From the IMG/VR virus record IMGVR_UViG_3300014208_000033, positions 1 to 64,000 of that record: a stretch of DNA of 64,000 bases. One strand, written 5' to 3'. Numbering within the stretch: position 1 is the first letter of the stretch; each line of letters starts with the position of its first letter. The notes under the pieces were generated by a model. The model had not been told where the DNA came from, did not search any database, and saw only the letters and a list, made by a program, of their open reading frames with translations. Below are positions 58,123 to 64,000 of this stretch, piece by piece. This DNA is from a virus. The translations under genes and the position numbers were made by a program.

Positions 58123-58264
58123 AATGATACCCACACTTACAATGTACTAGCACGGTTTCTGATTTCCATGTTGGTAATTCTATTTCATCAACATGAAAAG
58201 CATCAAAGTTACCGCACCTTGAACAGTAATACTTTGTTCCATAACATTTGTGTTTAATACTCAT
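58073..58264 (-). CDS. Zn-ribbon protein
   Basis: CSRC...CKCG. Confidence 0.6.
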   Translation of the reverse strand: MSIKHKCYGTKYYCSRCGNFDAFHVDEIELPTWKSETVLVHCKCGYHYEKQVSKETPNSDSRV

Positions 58265-58662
58265 AGTTTCTTAAAATGACACCCGTTCTCATCTCTATGA
58301 ATATTGAATATCCATTTACCTATATCACCTGCCCCGGTTGTAGCAAATGGGTCTGTTCCAAATTTTACTTCTTCTGAAGTATCTGGATTACAACTAAAAC
58401 CGTAAGGTTCTTCAGAACTGTTTGAAGGAAACACGATCAGTGTAGTTCGTGTTTTGTTTATCCACTCTGCTCGTATATCTCCATCAGGAGACGGTACAAG
58501 CCAGGGAACTTCTATATCGTAAAAAGCTAAAGCACCTTCTATGTAACAACTGACTCGATCTATGTGTTCTTTCGTAAAAGCTTTTCCGTCACCATCAAAC
58601 CAACCGTCTTCCAAACCGGCTATCTTGTTTAACTCTTGCTGTAACTTTTCATTCATACACAT
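58261..58662 (-). CDS. Hypothetical protein
   Basis: L.DGW.DG.G...P.PDG.I..EW pattern. Confidence 0.65.
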   Translation of the reverse strand: MCMNEKLQQELNKIAGLEDGWFDGDGKAFTKEHIDRVSCYIEGALAFYDIEVPWLVPSPDGDIRAEWINKTRTTLIVFPSNSSEEPYGFSCNPDTSEEVKFGTDPFATTGAGDIGKWIFNIHRDENGCHFKKL

Positions 58663-59554
58663 ACTCTCTTTTCAGACTCTTCCAGAGTTTGTAGGATTTG
58701 ATATCACAAGGGTCACAGCCTTCGGGGAGGTAGATGCGGTTGAGGTCAACTAAACCTCTCAGTTGACTTGCTAGGAGTTTGGTGCCTGCTTCCCCGGCCT
58801 CGTCTGAGTCGAGACAGAGGTAGACTTTGGACCAGTGTTTGAGTATTAGGTTGATTTGTTCTGTAGAGGGCTTTGATCCAGATAATGATACTGATGGTTC
58901 TCCGTGTTGTAATACACGCCAGGTATCTCTCGGACCTTCACAAATGATGACATAAGGTTTTGATTTGGATATATCGATTCCGTAAAGGTAATGCTTTTTG
59001 GGGAACTCATATTTGTACTTTCCATGAAGATATTTGAGAGCATAGCCAACACAGCGATCATTATGCATGTATGGAAGGATAAGAGAATCAGAGTGCAGAA
59101 AGTTTCCCATAGGATCTTTTGCAAGATCGATACCGACACCAAGAGTATGAAGTACGTCAACATCGAATTTGTTCTCCAAGACGTGAGGATGGTTGTACGG
59201 TATCAATTTGTAAGTCTTAGGAAGTTTAACTTCCTGTTCCACGAACTTAAAGTTCTCGACTGGATCATCAGCAAACACATCAGTCGGATCATAGTGGAAC
59301 TTATTGGTTAGAATATACTTAGCTCTGTCGTAAGTAACTTCAGCTATGAGCGTTACGAACTTAGTGATTGTCCCTGATTGCCCACAGTCAGCAGAGTAGC
59401 AATGCCACTTACCAGTTCGCGCATTGATTGAAGAGTTATGCTTTTGATGGCCTGAGGATTGGTGAAACGGGCAGAGGTACTTTAACTCGTCGTCACATCG
59501 ATGCACAATTGGTACATCGTAGTAGTTAAAGACTTCTTCGACGGGAGGACGCAT
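58649..59554 (-). CDS. DNA primase (CHC2 zinc finger plus TOPRIM)
   Basis: CPFH, WHCY...C, ICEG..D, LDSDEAG, D.CD. Confidence 0.9.
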   Translation of the reverse strand: MRPPVEEVFNYYDVPIVHRCDDELKYLCPFHQSSGHQKHNSSINARTGKWHCYSADCGQSGTITKFVTLIAEVTYDRAKYILTNKFHYDPTDVFADDPVENFKFVEQEVKLPKTYKLIPYNHPHVLENKFDVDVLHTLGVGIDLAKDPMGNFLHSDSLILPYMHNDRCVGYALKYLHGKYKYEFPKKHYLYGIDISKSKPYVIICEGPRDTWRVLQHGEPSVSLSGSKPSTEQINLILKHWSKVYLCLDSDEAGEAGTKLLASQLRGLVDLNRIYLPEGCDPCDIKSYKLWKSLKREYVYE

Positions 59555-59776
59555 AATACTCTCGTATATCCTCAGGAGTCCAGAGTTCACCTGTTTGAAA
59601 GTCCAAGATATTTTGGTCGTTCTTATCAAGAAAATACTCGCAAAGGAGGCTGTGAAATCTGACCTTTGATAAGGACGAATAATCATCGGAAGTCAGTTCT
59701 ACTCCATGAGGAAACACCCTCATTTTACTTCCACCTATGATTGGAACAAATTGAATGCAGAAGAACACACCACAAC

Positions 59777-60394
59777 TCATGGTAAGTACCTCATAAACAG
59801 TTTAGTCAAGTGACAAGAGGTTTCAATCTCGCTAAGAGTCCAGAAGTTCTTTCCCTTAACGTAGTCAATGTACTGCTTTTTGATTAGATGCCTAATCACA
59901 TTGTTGATCCTGGTAGTGGAGAAAACGAATTCCGAATATTCGGAAAGCAGCGCCGAGTCTTTGCAGGCGATGAGATTTTCTCCGACAAGTAAAACCGAAA
60001 CATCTGACGGATTCTTAATCTGCTTGAAGAAGGAGCCAACCTTTGCGAAGAGTTGCTTTCGTGATTGCAGAAATCGGTCAACGTAAACAGAGAAAATCGA
60101 AGCATAGATCCCCCCTATGCTCAGAACAACATTCTTCACTTCATCGAGTCCTCTATCGTCAGTATCAACTGAGTAGTTGATGTTATAGTCTCTGAACAGG
60201 TTGAACCAATACTGCTTACCAAGCTTCTTCTTCAAGATGTAGTTACGCTCTGGATTCTTGGAGTTCCAGTAGTTGAAGATCAACGGTAAGCACTTGATGG
60301 AGAATGTAGGATTGACGAGATTAAGATCCTTCACTCTCCAAGTTTCCAGGGTATCTCGTCTAACAAATCGTCGGTCACTGAAGGATCGTGGCAT
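59777..60394 (-). CDS. Hypothetical protein
   Basis: 205-aa ORF. Confidence 0.65.
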   Translation of the reverse strand: MPRSFSDRRFVRRDTLETWRVKDLNLVNPTFSIKCLPLIFNYWNSKNPERNYILKKKLGKQYWFNLFRDYNINYSVDTDDRGLDEVKNVVLSIGGIYASIFSVYVDRFLQSRKQLFAKVGSFFKQIKNPSDVSVLLVGENLIACKDSALLSEYSEFVFSTTRINNVIRHLIKKQYIDYVKGKNFWTLSEIETSCHLTKLFMRYLP

Positions 60395-60738
60395 TTGATG
60401 ACTCCGATGATCTTATGCAAATTATCATAAGTGCTTTCAAGGATATGACCTATATCTAAGTGAAGTCCATCATCATCGGTCTTGAACGCAAAGGAGGGTT
60501 TGATGATGCCTAAGCCTGAGACGTTGAAGTTTTTCTTGTGAAGAAGTGTCTCAAAGAAACACTGTTGGAAAATCTCATAGAGTGAGTCAAGTGTCGGCTC
60601 GTCTAGGTTAGTGAAGCGGAGCAATTTCTTGAAGATGTTTTTGTTGAAGTTGAATGTCTCATGATCTTTAGTGTGCTCTTGTTTGAGCCATGAGTCAATT
60701 TTGTAGTTGCTGCCGTATTTCTTACGACTTGGGTTCAT
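60331..60738 (-). CDS. Possible HU/IHF-like DNA-binding protein
   Basis: TNL....L...YEIF...F.ETL.....FNVSGLG.I resembles the HU fold. Confidence 0.45.
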   Translation of the reverse strand: MNPSRKKYGSNYKIDSWLKQEHTKDHETFNFNKNIFKKLLRFTNLDEPTLDSLYEIFQQCFFETLLHKKNFNVSGLGIIKPSFAFKTDDDGLHLDIGHILESTYDNLHKIIGVIKCHDPSVTDDLLDEIPWKLGE

Positions 60739-61351
60739 TGAATATCACATCAGATCGAGTCTTAACAATGTCTAACATCTTCTGAAGCATCTCTTTGATT
60801 TCCCACTGAGCGCCGTCTTTCCAGAGACGAAGCTTCAGAACGTGAAGAAGAGTTCTAGCATTCCAGGTGACAAGAATTGAGGTCTTAGCTGCACCTGGAA
60901 GTAAGTAACGGGCGTCCTCAAGTGGAATACCCTTGTCAATCATCTCATTGTATACGTCATACAGATCATTCACACAATCAAGATATTTCAAACCAAGTTC
61001 AGGATTATCGAAAATGGATTGAGGAACAATAGGATCGTTTTCTTGTTTGCAATACCTCATCGACAACTGATGGTATGAAGCTATTCGGTGCCTAACTAAC
61101 TGATGAGAACAACACCGTGAGATACCTTCAACTAAGAAGGTGAACGAGTGATGCTCAAGCAAGCTTGAGTGATCCATGTCGATCACGAACTTCTTAATGA
61201 ACCTGGAGACTTTTTCAAGTTCCGAATTTTCGGAACCGTCATGCTTATTATGACAAATCTTTGCAGCGTAGTAAGTAAGTTTCTCTAAGTCTGTATCACT
61301 ATATTCATTGAGCTTGAGAAACTTCGTCTCAGCTATCAGTTCTACTTTCAC
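60722..61351 (-). CDS. thyX: FAD-dependent thymidylate synthase
   Basis: HSSLLEH, SR..SHQLVRHR.ASY.Q.S.RY, EDARYLLP, AQWEI. Confidence 0.95.
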   Translation of the reverse strand: MKVELIAETKFLKLNEYSDTDLEKLTYYAAKICHNKHDGSENSELEKVSRFIKKFVIDMDHSSLLEHHSFTFLVEGISRCCSHQLVRHRIASYHQLSMRYCKQENDPIVPQSIFDNPELGLKYLDCVNDLYDVYNEMIDKGIPLEDARYLLPGAAKTSILVTWNARTLLHVLKLRLWKDGAQWEIKEMLQKMLDIVKTRSDVIFNEPKS

Positions 61352-62021
61352 TCTTCACCTTTGTTTTTCCATCTTCTATGTAAAATTGGTGTATCTGTTC
61401 GATTTCATCGATGTACTCAGGCTCATGCGAGATCATGATGATCTGAATATTGAACTGCTCACACAAGTTCTTGAAGAACAGGAAGAAACGAGTTCGTAAA
61501 TCCCTTGAGAGGTTCTTGAGAGGTTCATCCAAGAACAAGATACGTTGGTTCTTAGGACACCTCTGAAGTATCAGGACTCTCATGATAAGGTCAACAACAT
61601 CTTTGAGCCCACCAGCAGTATTCTGAATGGGTATCAGATAATCTTGACCTTCACGATTTTCAATCTTGTAGATGTAAATCTCTTGCTGATTACGATTGAT
61701 CTTTCGGAAGAAGGTGAAGTTCAGATTATCATCTTCAAAGAGCCCCTTCATAATCTCTGAAAGGACCACTTCAATCTTCTTACGAATGCTGAACTGTTCA
61801 TACACAGCAGAGATATCATTGAGAACATTCAATGCTCTACGCTGTAAGTTCTCATTCTTCTCTAAGTCAACTATCTTAGACTTCTTCTTCTCTAATTCAT
61901 CTTGCTTACTCTTCAAGCTCCACTTGCTTGAGTTGTAAATCTCTCGTTTCTTGTTTAACTCCTGCTTCAGAGTTCCGATTGCATCCTGCAACCGTTGGCT
62001 TTCTTCAGAAAATAACATCTT
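61329..62021 (-). CDS. Rad50/SbcC-like ABC ATPase, C-terminal half
   Basis: Coiled coil, TAGG signature, LFLDEP Walker B, MISH; no Walker A. Confidence 0.8.
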   Translation of the reverse strand, partial: KMLFSEESQRLQDAIGTLKQELNKKREIYNSSKWSLKSKQDELEKKKSKIVDLEKNENLQRRALNVLNDISAVYEQFSIRKKIEVVLSEIMKGLFEDDNLNFTFFRKINRNQQEIYIYKIENREGQDYLIPIQNTAGGLKDVVDLIMRVLILQRCPKNQRILFLDEPLKNLSRDLRTRFFLFFKNLCEQFNIQIIMISHEPEYIDEIEQIHQFYIEDGKTKVKSESRTDS

Positions 62022-62463
62022 TTGAAAGCTCCATTTCCATGATGTACTTCTGAATCTTTTCAAGCTCCTTCTGGAACATCGTAAGAAGGACTAGATTTTT
62101 CGAGTACCTATCACCGTTAATCTTGAACCAATGCATGAAGAAACTAAATCGAGTAAGTGCGATCCTAGCATCATCAGCCTTCTTCAACGCTTCACCAAAG
62201 AAAACCATAGCTTGAAGGAAGTCGTTGTTATTAGTACGTCGATGCTGAACTTTCAGTTCAGTGTTCAGATTAACGCCGCACCAACAGCACTTAATAGTGT
62301 CATCTTCACCAATGAAACAAAGGTGACGAGGATCATAGATCAGATTAACGTTCTTGAACCACTCTTCCTGAGGATTAGAAACAAATCGAACACCCTCTTT
62401 CTTACATCGAGGGCACTCGATATAGTACACGCTAAGGTCAGAGCACTTGTAATCAATACCCAT
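62005..62463 (-). CDS. Zn-binding hypothetical protein
   Basis: CPRC...CCWC. Confidence 0.6.
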   Translation of the reverse strand: MGIDYKCSDLSVYYIECPRCKKEGVRFVSNPQEEWFKNVNLIYDPRHLCFIGEDDTIKCCWCGVNLNTELKVQHRRTNNNDFLQAMVFFGEALKKADDARIALTRFSFFMHWFKINGDRYSKNLVLLTMFQKELEKIQKYIMEMELSKDVIF

Positions 62464-62662
62464 CAGTCACGTCTCCATCCGAAAACATAGCGAAAAGGAA
62501 ACAGAGAACCGTGATAGGCCATGCAATCGTAAAGAAAAGATGCTCCTCGTTGGTCATCTTCTCAAGTTCTTCCATCTTAGTATCAACATAATTGAGATAC
62601 ATATGAGTAACGATGATCATAGTAGCGTACATGAAACAGAAGTAGAACATGTTCTCACTCAT
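62453..62662 (-). CDS. Small two-TM protein
   Basis: Hydrophobic segments, AWPI. Confidence 0.6.
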   Translation of the reverse strand: MSENMFYFCFMYATMIIVTHMYLNYVDTKMEELEKMTNEEHLFFTIAWPITVLCFLFAMFSDGDVTDGY

Positions 62663-62910
62663 TAGATATCTTCACTCTCTTCCTCTAACTCAATGTTAAG
62701 TAAACTCTTCAACTCATTCTCAACGGTTTCAATTGTGTTCTTCAATTCTTCAGTTGAACCGATCTGATACTCGTTATTCAACTCATCAAGAATCTCCTTC
62801 TTATTCTTCTCAAGAGACTTGATCTCCCAAGTAAGCTTTTGCTTCTTCTCACTGAGATCCTTCTGCATCTTGATAATCGACTTAGCCTTATCGATGACGA
62901 GAGTATTCAC
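62662..62910 (-). CDS. Coiled-coil protein
   Basis: AGGAGG RBS. Confidence 0.65.
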   Translation of the reverse strand: MNTLVIDKAKSIIKMQKDLSEKKQKLTWEIKSLEKNKKEILDELNNEYQIGSTEELKNTIETVENELKSLLNIELEEESEDI

Positions 62911-62923
62911 CCTTCCTCCTTAT

Positions 62924-62952
62924 ATAATACGTATTTACTCTTCAGTTAGCAA
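62924..62952 (-). promoter_or_regulatory. sigma70-like promoter TTGCTA-N17-TATTAT
   Basis: Read directly. Confidence 0.6.
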
Positions 62953-63819
62953 AGGTTTTTCTGTGTAAAGTTTCTCTAAGTAGTTGAACACATCTTCTTC
63001 GATCTTGTCATCTGACTTAAGTGAGGTTAAGAGCTTATCGAAGTCAAACACCTTGATCTCAAAGTCTTTCAGATTTTTCTTAACGTAGTCAACTAGCGCA
63101 TTCGTTCTCTCTTCCATGTTCATAGGAGACGACTTCTCTTTGAACGGAGAGTCTTGAATGTTCTTAAGCTCGATCATCTCGCAAGAGAGTTTTTCGTCTA
63201 CTGTGATCAGAGCGAAGCATGGCTTACGGTCGATATTCCGCTCAGACCCAATACCCCTTGCGAGAGATCCAGGACTGATGAAGTGTACTCCAGGCTTATA
63301 GGACTTGAAACCCTGAGGCTGATGATAGTGAGATATCAGGTACACATCATTTTTCTCTGAGTGATCAACTAACTCACTATAGAGTTTGTGATCCCATGGA
63401 ACAGATTTCTCTACGACTGTCTCATGCATCAGGATAAAGTTGTAACCACCGATTTTGAGATTAGCTGGATCTTTATAGACTTTCATCAAGCCCATTTTTT
63501 GAAGTGTGAGTAGTCCAGACTTCTCGATAGCTGTATCGTAGTTACCCTTGATAGTATGATTACCTGAGATACAACGGATGATCTTCTGAGTTCCCTTGAG
63601 TGGTTCTAAGACTTTGGCTACTTTGTTTATCAGGTCACAGTTCTGAGTAGGTGAGTCAAAGAAATCACCACCAGAGATCCAGTAGTCGATATCATTCGCT
63701 AAGACGTAATCAACAACTTCCTTGAGCTTAGTGAGCATTGACTCAAGATAGTCATCAGTCCTAATTCGTGGCTGACGATTTGTGATATGCTCGTCAGTGG
63801 TGTAGAGGATTTTTTTCAT
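62935..63819 (-). CDS. Mre11/SbcD-like nuclease
   Basis: TDEH, GGDFFD, GNH, SHYH, SPGSL.R. Confidence 0.88.
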   Translation of the reverse strand: MKKILYTTDEHITNRQPRIRTDDYLESMLTKLKEVVDYVLANDIDYWISGGDFFDSPTQNCDLINKVAKVLEPLKGTQKIIRCISGNHTIKGNYDTAIEKSGLLTLQKMGLMKVYKDPANLKIGGYNFILMHETVVEKSVPWDHKLYSELVDHSEKNDVYLISHYHQPQGFKSYKPGVHFISPGSLARGIGSERNIDRKPCFALITVDEKLSCEMIELKNIQDSPFKEKSSPMNMEERTNALVDYVKKNLKDFEIKVFDFDKLLTSLKSDDKIEEDVFNYLEKLYTEKPLLTEE

Positions 63820-64000
63820 TACCTTTTAAGCCATTCGTTAAACTTACTAAATCTTTCATGATTATGATTTACGAAATTAAATTTGAAATAGTCAATTACG
63901 TCAAAACGTTGTTTATCATACACACACAACCAAAAGGAACTTTCGTCTACAAGATCCGCTTCACACTTAACACCTTCATCGAAAATCTTAGCGATTCTAT

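Overview
The window is a 64 kb piece of a tailed dsDNA phage genome with siphovirus-type organisation (no tail sheath; Mu-like portal, protease and adaptor genes). The host cannot be identified from the sequence. 1-3.3 kb is a GC-richer, mostly non-coding, repeat-rich end region. 3.4-17.05 kb is a leftward block of many small ORFs that includes four DNA methyltransferases and a macro-domain protein. 17.2-47.0 kb is the rightward late block: terminase, portal, an inserted purB, head and tail genes, five fibre/adhesin-like genes and lysis genes. 47.0-64 kb is a leftward block with an FAD oxidoreductase, a glycosyltransferase/radical SAM cluster, a divergent purA, three tRNA genes, primase, thyX and Mre11/Rad50-like genes. 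The most notable observations are: (1) a 16-bp palindrome TT(A/C)CGAAWWTTCG(G/T)AA found about 21 times across the window, mostly inside genes; (2) five consecutive tail-fibre/adhesin-like proteins that all start with Sec-type signal peptides; (3) a ~189-nt 6S-RNA-like structured RNA behind the tRNAs; (4) a PurA with a remodelled aspartate pocket, plus a phage PurB; (5) a C5 methyltransferase that appears to start at ATC; (6) an end region enriched about 40-fold in CTGGAGC and carrying an iteron-like array. All product calls come from motif recognition by eye; no database searches were run.
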